From Macrostomum lignano (lineage: Eukaryota), in the NCBI GenBank assembly GCA_002269645.1, contig NIVC01004589.1, positions 1 through 41,208 on the forward strand: a DNA stretch of 41,208 nucleotides, given 5' to 3'. The translations under genes were made by a program, and so were the position numbers. Under the pieces are notes generated by a model that was not told the origin of the DNA, made no database searches, and worked only from the letters and a program-made list of their open reading frames with translations. Below, piece by piece: positions 10,504 through 21,251 of this stretch. Position 1 is the first letter of the stretch. Each line of letters opens with the position of its first letter.

Positions 10504-12323
10504 TCCGCAACTTTTCCCACCTCTAACACATCTTTTTAGCATGCTAAAACTGCTTGTAAGCCTTTGGCGACCGCGCAACACATGATACTTGCCGATATGT
10601 ATCGTAATATTCTTTCTGCACTAACAAATCATCTGTGCCGCACTTTCAGCTTCACTCTTACTCTTTAATAAGGTATAGAAGGAAAGGAAAATTAAACAAT
10701 CAATATTAAATTATATTCAAGTGAAAGAGAATTGAAAATACTAATAAATCCGTTCCTGCTAAAAAATTAAATATAAAAAAAACTTGGCCCACTTGGGATT
10801 CGAACCCGTGTTTAGGCCATTTACAAAGCAACTGCCTTCGGCCCCGATCCATCTCTTACTTAAGCGAAGCTCTACAGTGCACGCCGTTTATATCGAATAT
10901 TCCCTATGGTAGCCACTTTTACGATTTTTGCTGCTTTTTCATACATTTCTGCTCGCTGCATCGCAGCGCCTTCATCTAAAAATGCGAGTCGCATGTCGTT
11001 ACAGAGATAACATCAAGGCGCATTCATCTAATGCATTTTTAAAGTATGTCAACAAATTTTACGCCTCCTAGGCGCCAAATTGTGCATTTTCACCTGTTCT
11101 GACAGGTATTCAAACAGGTATTAAGACCTATTAACTTAAGAATCAGTTTTCAAAACTAATTTAGTTGCACAGTGCATCCATAGTGCTGTTTTTAGACACC
11201 AAAATTGAGTCTCTAGGCCTTGCCAATGCAGAGTTATTAGCAAAAGTATGCTCAAAATTTGCCCAAAAATAGCCTTCTCAAAATTCGGAGCCAATTTTCT
11301 CAAAAATACGAATTTTCCAGCCATATTGGCGTATGACCGGTGTAACTTCATCTATTCGACTAAACAATATTGAAAATGCAGAAAAATCGGTGCGCAAAAT
11401 TTCTTATTTTTCCACTTCAAAGTTTGTACCCCAAAATGGGCCGTTTTTCACTTAACAGGTAAAAAGTACCTGTTAACAGGGGTTTTTTCAGGAGTGTCTT
11501 ATGTCATTCAAAAGGGCATCCGATGGGCTACAATTTGACGCCATACTCGAAAAACTTTGCCCCATTTTAAAAAAATTTCCTTAACAACGTCTGATTTTCT
11601 GCAGTGCCCCCGGCCTCTTTTTTCCCTGGTTTTCGGGTCACTGCTCAGCACAGGTAGGTCCAAATGCTTAGAAAATTTAGGAAAACAAATTTCCATATGT
11701 TTGACACATCGTGTTAAAGTCTCACCACTGTAGCATAAAACACTTTTTCAAGTTTGAGGACTACTTTTTTAAAACGTGACCCAATTTTTTGAAAATGTCG
11801 TTTTTAGGCACTCTTTGGCACCTGGGCAGGTTATTGATGGCCCAATAAGCCAAATCTCGATGTTTCCGAATAGAAGACATCTATTTGAGTAATTTGGTGT
11901 AGAAATATTAAAAAATAAAGTTTTTAATCTCGACGAGATAGGCCTCACAAAAGTGCACTAAAAATTTGTACTTTTAAAGTGCAGATAGGCAGCCATGTGA
12001 AAAGTACATTTTAGCCCTAAAAACTATAGCGCATCAAACAGCCCCAGGTGTTATTGACGCTATGAGGCAGCTCAAAGGCCGCGCTATCGCGCGTCCTTTT
12101 CGCTGCGGTGAGGCAAAGTTGGAAAAAATGCCAATTTTTCGACCTCAAAAAACACGTTTTTTGTACTTTTAGCCTAGACGTTAAAGTACAATAAAAAAAT
12201 CCATTTCTGATCATTGTAGCGTTCGAATGCCCGCGTTTACTGAGCCAGCCCGCTAAGCGCTGCCATATTCTCAATCCTTATTTTTTGAGATCAAAGTTTT
12301 TGACAAAGTCGAAAAAACGCAGT

Positions 12324-12364
12324 TTTTGGTTGCCATGGCAACCAAAACGCATTGCCATGGCAAC
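12324..12364. promoter_or_regulatory. Paired RFX X-box-like motifs in copy A
   Basis: GTTGCCATGGCAAC at 12329-12342, within the 24 bp palindrome TTTTGGTTGCCATGGCAACCAAAA (12324-12347), and ATTGCCATGGCAAC at 12351-12364. Sequence match only. Confidence 0.5.
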
Positions 12365-12684
12365 CAACTATTGTGCATCCGATAGCGCTAGGTCTTTGAC
12401 ACATTTTGGCAAAAACCGTTTGTAAATTGGTCGTACCGTTTTTTATTGGCAGCGTTTAAAAGTTGAAAAACGTCATTTTTAGTGTGTGCAACCACGTTAC
12501 ATCTTATCAGGGACGATTTCGCAAAAGTAAGCACCATAGAAAAAAATTCTCGCTTCGCTCGCCTTTTTTTCTATACTACTTACTGGCTCATCGTCCCACA
12601 ACTAGTGAATGAAGACGCTGTCGTCTTCAAAGGTGGGACGATGGGTATATATTGTGTTTTTATCCTTTTATGGCTATGACATAT

Positions 12685-14230
12685 GCCCCTGGCATTAGTT
12701 AGTCTAGTGGTCTAGTGGGGGGCTGGCCGCCCCCACGCCCCTGGCATTAGTTAGTCTAGTGGTATAGTGGGGGGCTGGCCGCCCCCCACGCCCCTGGCAT
12801 TAGTTAGTCTAGTGGTATAGTGGGGGGCTGGCCGCCCCCCACGCTCCTGGCATTAGTTAGTCTAGTGGTATAGTGGGGGGCTGGCCGCCACCCACGCCCC
12901 TGGCATTAGTTAGTCTAGTGGTATAGTGGGGGCTGGCCGCCCCCCACGCCCCTGGCATTAGTTTTTCTAGTGGTACGCTAGTATAGTGGGGGGCTTGCCG
13001 CCCCCCACGCCCCTGGCATTAGTTAGTCTAGTGGTATAGTGGGGGGGGGCTGGCCGCCCCCCACGCCCCTGGCATTAGTTAGTCTAGTGGTATAGTGGGG
13101 GCTAGCCGCCCCCACGCCCCGGGCATTAGTTAGTCTAGTGGTATAGTGGGGGGCTGGCCGCCCCCACGCCCCTGGCATTAGTTAGTCTAGTGGTATAGTG
13201 GGGGGCTGGCCGCCCCCCACGCCCCTGGCATTAGTTAGTCTAGTGGTATAGTGGGGGCTGGCCGCCCCCACGCCCCTGGCATTAGTTAGTCTAGTGGTAT
13301 AGTGGGGGGCTAGCCGCCCCCACGCCCCTGGCATTAGTTCTTCTAGTGGTACGCTCGTATAGTGGGGGGCTTGCCGCCCCCACGCCCCTGGCATTAGTTA
13401 GTCTAGTGGTATAGTGGGGGGCTGGCCGCCCCCACGCCCCTGGCATTAGTTAGTCTAGTGGTGTAGTGGGGGCTGGCCACCCCCACGCCCCTGGCATTAG
13501 TTAGTCTAGTGGTAGCGTGGGGGCTTGCCGCCCCCCACGCCCCTGGCATTAGTTAGTCTAGTGGTATAGTGGGGGCTGGCCGCCCCCACGCCCCTGGCAT
13601 TAGTTAGTCTAGTGGTATAGTGGGGGGCTGGCCGCCCCCACGCCCCTGGCATTAGTTAGTCTAGTGGTATAGTGGGGGCTTGCTGCCCCCCACGCCCCTG
13701 GCATTAGTTAGTCTAGTGGTATAGTGGGGGCTTGCCGCCCCCCACGCCCCTGGCATTAGTTAGTCTAGTGGTATAGTGGGGGGCTGGCCGCCCCCCACGC
13801 CCCTGGCATTAGTTTTTCTAGTGGTACGCTCGTATAGTAGGGGGCTGGCCGCCCCCCACGCCCCTGGCATTAGTTTTTCTAGTGGTACACTCGTATAGTG
13901 GGGGCTTGCCGCCCCCCACGCCCCTGGCATTAGTTAGTCTAGTGGTATAGTGGGGGCTGGCCGCCCCCACGCCCCTGGCATTAGTTAGTCTAGTGGTATA
14001 GTGGGGGCTGGCCGCCCCCCACGCCCCTGGCATTAGTTAGTCTAGTGGTATAGTGGGGGGCTGGCCGCCCCCACGCCCCTGGCATTAGTTAGTCTAGTGG
14101 TATAGTGGGGGCTGGCCGCCCCCACGCCCCTGGCATTAGTTAGTCTAGTGGTATAGTGGGGGGCTGGCCGCCCCCCACGCTCCTGGCATTAGTTAGTCTA
14201 GTGGTATAGTGGAAGGCTGGCCGCCCCCAC
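12685..14230. repeat. Minisatellite, 51-53 bp unit, ~29 copies, inside element copy B
   Basis: Same unit as 7284-10209, with more variant units (e.g. gtggtacgctcgtatag). Confidence 0.97.
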
Positions 14231-14436
14231 ACCCCCGCTCCCCCACCCCTCCCGCGCGTTGTTGTTGTGGAGGGTGGTTGTTGTTGTGGGGTTTGCGTAA
14301 CGTGGGGGCTGCCGCCCCCACAACCCCGCTCCCCCACCCCTCCCGCGCGTTGTTGTTGGGAGGGTGGTTGTTGTTGTGGGGTTTGCGTAACGTGGGGACT
14401 GCCGCCCCCACACCCCCGCTCCCCCACCCCACCCCT
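14214..14436. repeat. 90-91 bp tandem repeat, 2 copies plus partial, inside copy B
   Basis: Marker at ~14232, ~14323 and ~14413. Confidence 0.88.
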
Positions 14437-16258
14437 CCGCAACTTTTCCCACCTCTAACACATCTTTTTAGCATGCTAAAACTGCTTGTAAGCCTTTGGC
14501 GACCGCGCAACACATGATACTTGCCGATATGTATCGTAATATTCTTTCTGCACTAACAAATCATCTGTGCCGCACTTTCAGCTTCACTCTTACTCTTTAA
14601 TAAGGTATAGAAGGAAAGGAAAATTAAACAATCAATATTAAATTATATTCAAGTGAAAGAGAATTGAAAATACTAATAAATCCGTTCCTGCTAAAAAAAT
14701 TAAATATAAAAAAAACTTGGCCCACTTGGGATTCGAACCCGTGTTTAGGCCATTTACAAAGCAACTGCCTTCGGCCCCGATCCATCTCTTACTTAAGCAG
14801 AGCTCTACAGTGCACGCCGTTTATATCGAATATTCCCTATGGTAGCCACTTTTACGATTTTTGCTGCTTTTTCATACATTTCTGCTCGCTGCATCGCAGC
14901 GCCTTCATCTAAAAATGCGAGTCGCATGTCGTTACAGAGATAACATCAAGGCGCATTCATCTAATGCATTTTTAAAGTATGTCAACAAATTTTACGCCTC
15001 CTAGGCGCCAAATTGTGCATTTTCACCTGTTCTGACAGGTATTCAAACAGGTATTAAGACCTGTTAACTTAAGAATCAGTTTTCAAAACTAATTTAGTTG
15101 CACAGTGCATCCATAGTGCTGTTTTTAGACACCAAAATTGAGTCTCTAGGCCTTGCCAATGCAGAGTTATTAGCAAAAGTATGCTCAAAATTTGCCCAAA
15201 AATAGCCTTCTCAAAATTCGGAGCCAATTTTCTCAAAAATACGAATTTTCCAGCCATATTGGCGTATGACCGGTGAAACTTTAGCTATTCGACTAAACAA
15301 TATTGAAAATGCAGAAAAATCGGTGCGCAAAATTTCTTATTTTTCGACTTCAAAGTTTGTACCCCCAAATGGGCCGTTTTTCACTTAACAGGTAAAAAGT
15401 ACCTGTTAACAGGGGTTTTTTCATGAGTGTCTTATGTCATTCAAAAGGGCATCCAATGGGCTACAATTTGACGCCATACTCGAAAAACTTTGCCCCATTT
15501 TAAAAAAATTTCCTTAACAACGTCTGATTTTCTGCAGTGCCCCCCGGCCTCTTTTTTCCCTGGTTTTCGGGTCACTGCTCAGCACAGGTAGGTCCAAATG
15601 CTTAGAAAATTTAGGAAAACAAATTTCCATATGTTTGACACGTCGTGTTAAAGTCTCAACACCGTAGCATAAAACACTTTTTCAAGTTTGAAGACTACTT
15701 TTTTAAAACGTGACCCAATTTTTTGAAAATGTCGTTTTTAGGCACTCTTTGGCACCTGGGCAGGTTATTGATGGCCCAATCAGCCAAATCTCGATGTTTC
15801 CGAATAGAAGACATCCATTTGAGTAATTTGGTGTAGAAATATTAAAAAATAAACTTTTCCATCTCGACGAGATAGGCCTCACAAAAGTGCACTAAAAATT
15901 TGTACTTTTAAAGTGCAGATAGGCAGCCATGTGAAAAGTACATTTTAGCCCTAAAAACTATAGCGCATCAAACAGCCCCAGGTGTTATTGACACTATGAG
16001 GCAGCTCAAAGGCCGCGCTATCGCGCGTCCTTTTCGCTGCGGTGAGGCAAAGTTGGAAAAAATGCCAATTTTTCGACCTCAAAAAACACGTTTTTTGTAC
16101 TTTTACCTGTGAAGTGAAAGTACAATCAAAAAATCCATTTCTGATCATTGTAGCGTTTGAATGCCCGCGTTTACTGAGCCCACTCGCTAAGCGCTGCCAT
16201 ATTCTCAATCCTTATTTTTTGAGATCAAAGTTTTTGACAAAGTCGAAAAAACGCAGTT

Positions 16259-16298
16259 TTTGGTTGCCATGGCAACCAAAACGCGTTGCCATAGCAAC
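16259..16298. promoter_or_regulatory. Paired RFX X-box-like motifs in copy B
   Basis: GTTGCCATGGCAAC at 16263-16276 and GTTGCCATAGCAAC at 16285-16298. Sequence match only. Confidence 0.5.
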
Positions 16299-16535
16299 CA
16301 ACTATTGTGCATCCGATAGCGCTAGGTCTTTGACACATTTTGGCAAAAACAGTTTGTAAATCGGTCGTACCGTTTTTTCTGCGCAGCGTTTCAAAGTTGA
16401 AAAACGTCATTTTTAGTGTGTGCAACCACGTTACATCTTATCAGGGACGATTTCGCAAAAGTAAGCAGCATAGAAAAAAATTCTCGCTTCGCTCGCCTTT
16501 TTTTCTATACTACTTACTGGCTCATCGTCCCACAA

Positions 16536-16880
16536 CTAGATGTTTAAGTATCTTAAACAGCTTAAGTAAGATCCACCTGTACTAAACACCTAATACACCT
16601 GTACTGAATACCGAATCCACCTGTACTAAATGCCTAATCCATCAACCTGTACTAAATGCGTAATCCTCCTGCACTAAATACCTAATCTTCCTGCACTGCA
16701 CTAAATGCCTAATCCTCCTGCACTAAATTCCTAATCCTCCTGCACTAAATGCCTAATCCACCTGCACTAAATGCCTAATCCACCTGCACTAAATGCCTAA
16801 TCCACCTGCACTAAATGCCTAATCCACCTGCACTAAATGCCTAATCCACCTGCACTAAATGCCTAATTCTCCTACACTAA
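16536..16880. repeat. Continuation of the 22 bp-based repeat to the right of the insertion
   Basis: CTAGatgtttaagtatcttaaacagcttaagtaagat resumes the array broken at 7171; simple cctaatccacctgcactaaatg monomers follow. Confidence 0.9.
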
Positions 16881-17643
16881 ATGTCAAACCCACCAATACA
16901 AAATATCCAACTACCTACAAACTGTTAGCAAGCCTTATAAAAGCATGTACAGCTGTAATTACGTTACAACACAAAGTCCCAACCAAACAGCATGGAAGCG
17001 GCTGCATTGCAGATGGTACAGATTTCAATTTTTATATGAACGACTACAAGCGGCAGGTCAATAAAATACAAGCAATCAAATAAAATTACATCGAATAAGA
17101 GAAGTAAGTATGCATCCGAAAATAATAGAATTTGTGCAGTTAGGCTTTACGAGCGTATCATTATTGAAATATAAGATAGCTATATGTCTATAGATTCACA
17201 AAATTTCACACAAGTGAAAGAGAGCAAAGTCACACTGCTGAAACACTTACACGGGTTCGGTGACAGATATGAAAACTGATTGTATGAAATATTTTGTTCC
17301 GACTGAACAGATTAACAAGCAAATTTATCATGCTTTGAAATTTAAATTAAATCTATGGATTTGTAGTTTAGCAATAAATGTTTCAAAGATAGCAAAACTA
17401 CAAGTAGCAATATTATTTACAGAATAAAGGCGTTTTAATTGAGAAAGTTCGTGTACAGCCCGGCCATATTAATGTTATTTAATTGTCCCAAGTGTGCGAC
17501 GGCACCACAATGGGGTGGGATCAATCGTTTTATGGTTTTCCTCGAATTACGGATCGAATTTGGAAGGCGATTGATTTAGGAGCGATTCTTTGACATATTG
17601 AAAGGCGTTTTTTTCTTCAAAATATTGAATGCTAATTGTTTGT

Positions 17644-20553
17644 GATACTTGAGGGTGATTTCTAGGGATACTTAAGAGTGATTTCTCGGGATACTTAAGG
17701 GTGATTTCTCGGGATACTTAAGAGTGATTTCTCGGGATACTTAAGGGTGATTTCTCAGGATACTTAAGGGTGATTTCTCGGGATACTTAAGGGTGATTTT
17801 TCGGGATACTTAAGGGTGATTTCTCGGGATACTTAAGAGTGATTTCTCGGGATACTTAAGGGTGATTTCTCGGGATACTTAAGGGTGATTTCTCGGGATA
17901 CTTAAGGGTGATTTATCGGGATACTTAAGGGTGATTTCTAGGGATACTTAAGGGTGATTTCTCGGGATACTTAAGGGTGATTTCTCGGGATACTTAAGGG
18001 TGATTTCTCGGGATAATTAAGGGTGATTTCTCGGGATACTTAAGAGTGATTTCTCGGGATACTTAAGGGTGATTTCTCGGGATACTTAAGGGTGATTTCT
18101 CGGGATACTTAAGGGTGATTTCTAGGGATACTTAAGGGTGATTTCTCGGGATAATTAAGGGTGATTTCTCGGGATACTTAAGAGTGATTTCTCGGGATAC
18201 TTAAGGGTGATTTCTCAGGATACTTAAGGGTGATTTCTCGGGATACTTAAGGGTGATTTTACGGGATACTTAAGGGTGATTTCTCGGGATACTTAAGGGT
18301 GATTTCTCGGGATACTTAAGGGTGATTTCTCGGGATACTTAAGAGTGATTTCTCGGGATACTTAAGGGTGATTTCTCAGGATACTTAAGAGTGATTTCTC
18401 GGGATACTTAAGGGTGATTTTTCGGGATACTTAAGGGTGATTTCTCGGGATACTTAAGAGTGATTTCTCGGGATACTTAAGGGTGATTTCCCGGGATACT
18501 TAAGGGTGATTTCTCGGGATACTTAAGGGTGATTTATCGGGATACTTAAGGGTGATTTCTAGGGATACTTAAGGGTGATTTCTCGGATACTTAAGGGTGA
18601 TTTCTCGGGATACTTAAGGGTGATTTCTCGGATAATTAAGGGTGATTTCTCGGGATACTTAAGAGTGATTTCTCGGGATACTTAAGGGTGATTTCTCGGG
18701 ATACTTAAGAGTGATTTCTCGGGATACTTAAGGGTGATTTCTAGGGATACTTAAGGGTGATTTCTCGGGATAATTAAGGGTGATTTCTCGGGATACTTAA
18801 GAGTGATTTCTCGGGATACTTAAGGGTGATTTCTCAGGATACTTAAGGGTGATTTCTCGGGATACTTAAGGGTGATTTTACGGGATACTTAAGGGTGATT
18901 TCTCGGGATACTTAAGAGTGATTTCTCGGGATACTTAAGGGTGATTTCTCGGATACTTAAGGGTGATTTCTCGGGATACTTAAGGGTGATTTCTCGGGAT
19001 ACTTAAGGTGATTTCTCGGGATACTTAAGGTGATTTCTCGGGATACTTAAGGGTGATTTCTCGGGATACTTAAGGGTGATTTCTCGGGATAATTAAGGGT
19101 GATTTCTCGGGATACTTAAGAGTGATTTCTCGGGATACTTAAGGTGATTTCTAGGGATACTTAAGGGTGATTTCTCGGGATAATTAAGGGTGATTTCTCG
19201 GGATACTTAAGGGTGATTTCTCAGGATACTTAAGGTGATTTCTCGGATACTTAAGGGTGATTTCTCGGGATACTTAAGGGTGATTTCTCGGGATACTTAA
19301 GGGTGATTTCTCGGGATACTTAAGGGTGATTTCTCGGGATAATTAAGGGTGATTTCTCGGGATACTTAAGGGTGATTTCTCAGGATACTTAAGAGTGATT
19401 TCTCGGATACTTAAGGGTGATTTCTCGGATACTTAAGGGTGATTTCTCAGGATACTTAAGAGTGATTTCTCGGATACTTAAGGGCGATTTCTCGGGATAC
19501 TTAAGGGTGATTTTTCGGGATACTTAAGGGTGATTTCTCGGGATACTTAAGGGATTTCTCGGGATACTTAAGGGTGATTTCTCGGATACTTAAGGGTGAT
19601 TTCTCGGGATACTTAAGGGTGATTTCTCGGGATACTTAAGGGTGATTTCTCGGGATACTTAAGGGTGATTTCTCGGGATACTTAAGGGTGATTTCTCGGG
19701 ATACTTAAGGGTGATTTCTCGGGATACTTAAGGGTGATTTCTCGGGATACTTAAGGGTGATTTCTCGGGATACTTAAGGGTGATTTCTCGGGATACTTAA
19801 GGGTGATTTCTCGGGATACTTAAGGGTGATTTCTCGGGATAATTAAGGGTGATTTCTCGGGATACTTAAGGGTGATTTCTCGGGATACTTAAGGGTGATT
19901 TCTCGGGATACTTAAGGGTGATTTCTCGGGATACTTAAGGGTGATTTCTCGGGATACTTAAGGGTGATTTCTCGGGATACTTAAGGGTGATTTCTCGGGA
20001 TACTTAAGGGTGATTTCTCGGATACTTAAGGGTGATTTCTCGGGATACTTAAGGGTGATTTCTCGGGATACTTAAGGGTGATTTCTCGGGATACTTAAGG
20101 GTGATTTCTCGGGATACTTAAGGGTGATTTCTCGGGATACTTAAGGGTGATTTCTCGGGATACTTAAGGGTGATTTCTCAGGATACTTAAGAGTGATTTC
20201 TCGGATACTTAAGGGTGATTTCTCGGGATACTTAAGGGTGATTTCTCGGATACTTAAGGGTGATTTCTCGGGATACTTAAGGGTGATTTCTCAGGATACT
20301 TAAGGGTGATTTCTCGGATACTTAAGGGTGATTTCTCGGGATACTTAAGGGTGATTTCTCGGGATACTTAAGGGTGATTTTTAGGGATACTTAAGGGTGA
20401 TTTTTAGGATACTTACGGGTGATTTTTAGGGATACTTAAGGGTGATTTTTAGGGATACTTACGGGTGATTTTTAGGGATACTTAAGGGTGATTTCTAGGG
20501 ATACTTAAGGTTGAATTCTAGGGGTACTGAAGGGTGATTCCTTGGGATCCTTA
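17644..20553. repeat. Satellite-like array, 23 bp unit, ~126 copies
   Basis: Unit gggtgatttctcgggatacttaa; degenerate at both edges and homogeneous in the interior. Confidence 0.98.
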
Positions 20554-20726
20554 AAGGGGCTATTTTTAGATTTTGTAGCAGAGATATCAATTTGAAAGCA
20601 TTTTTAAGAAACTTTAATTTTGCAAGAGTTGCTAGAGTCCAATTGCTGCTAATCTCAGTAAAAATCTATCATTTCAATAAGACAATAAAAATGAAGCCAA
20701 AACATGGATGAACAGAAAATAAAATT

Positions 20727-21251
20727 TCATTCATTAGAAGTTTGACCAGCCGCTTTCGCTTCCAGCTGTCGGAGCAAGGATTGCACCCTAAGCACGCAGG
20801 ACTTGCGAGCGTCGCGAATCTCAGCTTCGCCAGCGGATTCAACGCCATCCAAACGCTCCATGAGGCGGGTTAACGACTCTTCAATGTGGCGATAGAGCTT
20901 GTCATTGGCCTGACCGCTAAACTCGTTAACCTGCGCCTCCAACTGGCGCCTCTGCTCTTCAACTGAATCGATTTGTTTCAATGCGGCTTCAATTTTAGAT
21001 TCGCTGCTATTATTAGCGATTGGCTGAGAATTCTGGCCATCCCTGATTGGCTGACTGTTTTGGGCATCGCTGATTGGCTGACTGTTTTGGCCATCCCTGA
21101 TTGGCTGTTGATGCTGGCGCGACGGTGCCTGCGGCAGCCGGGGATCTCGCCAAGTTGTTGTTCGACTATTATGATCGATAAAGTACGGATGACCGGTTGC
21201 TGGGTCAATTCGTTGCTCCCATCCGGGTGGCAACCGTTGCCCATTGTCCAT
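20727..21251 (-). CDS. Minimal WW + BAG domain co-chaperone (BAG3/starvin-like architecture), 174 aa, no intron in the CDS
   Basis: WW domain [32 protein letters not shown]; BAG domain [77 protein letters not shown]. The ORF-track start at 21275 is TTG; the first ATG is at 21251. Confidence 0.9.
   Translation of the reverse strand: MDNGQRLPPGWEQRIDPATGHPYFIDHNSRTTTWRDPRLPQAPSRQHQQPIRDGQNSQPISDAQNSQPIRDGQNSQPIANNSSESKIEAALKQIDSVEEQRRQLEAQVNEFSGQANDKLYRHIEESLTRLMERLDGVESAGEAEIRDARKSCVLRVQSLLRQLEAKAAGQTSNE
21018..21107. repeat. 27 bp coding tandem repeat (QPIRDGQNS-like, ~3 copies) in the WW-BAG linker
   Basis: gattggctg recurs at 21018, 21045, 21072 and 21099. Confidence 0.9.

Larger units (their letters stand above)
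7172..12601 (-). mobile_element. Non-autonomous Helentron/HINE-like rolling-circle element, copy A (5430 bp)
   Basis: Minus strand: 5' TT-GTGGGACGATG (12589-12599) ... CATCGTCCCAC (7203-7213), hairpin TGAAGACG-ACAG-CGTCTTCA (7180-7199), TTCA-CTAG 3'. Asymmetric subterminal inverted repeats, terminal hairpin, internal tandem repeats and no Rep/helicase ORF. Confidence 0.8.
12602..16535 (-). mobile_element. Non-autonomous Helentron/HINE-like rolling-circle element, copy B (3934 bp)
   Basis: Same termini as copy A (hairpin 12610-12629; subTIRs 12633-12643 and 16523-16533); same non-repeat body with scattered substitutions; shorter internal arrays. Confidence 0.8.

Noticed and set aside
10780-10880. 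Functional tRNA gene in the element body (also ~14712-14813)
   Set aside because: Only the T-loop/B-box is convincing; no coherent D-arm or anticodon arm. Kept only as a low-score finding.
8987-14517. Gly/Pro-rich ORFs (PHYTTRLTNARGVG, GGVGERGCGGG and similar)
   Set aside because: Products of the 51-53 bp and 90 bp arrays; the frame depends on homopolymer run length.
7171-16539. ACTAG as a classical 5 bp TSD of a cut-and-paste transposon
   Set aside because: The inverted repeats are subterminal and asymmetric, there is a one-sided hairpin, and the same single ACTAG joins the two diverged copies, which fits a rolling-circle terminus better. Not fully excluded without more copies.
11136-16585. 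Short duplicated ORFs in the element bodies as a possible transposase
   Set aside because: 60-105 aa with no HUH, helicase or DDE motifs; duplicated only because the element is duplicated, and start codons differ between copies.
7284-20553. Possible CRISPR arrays
   Set aside because: Units are contiguous with no unique spacers, there are no cas genes, and the context is eukaryotic.
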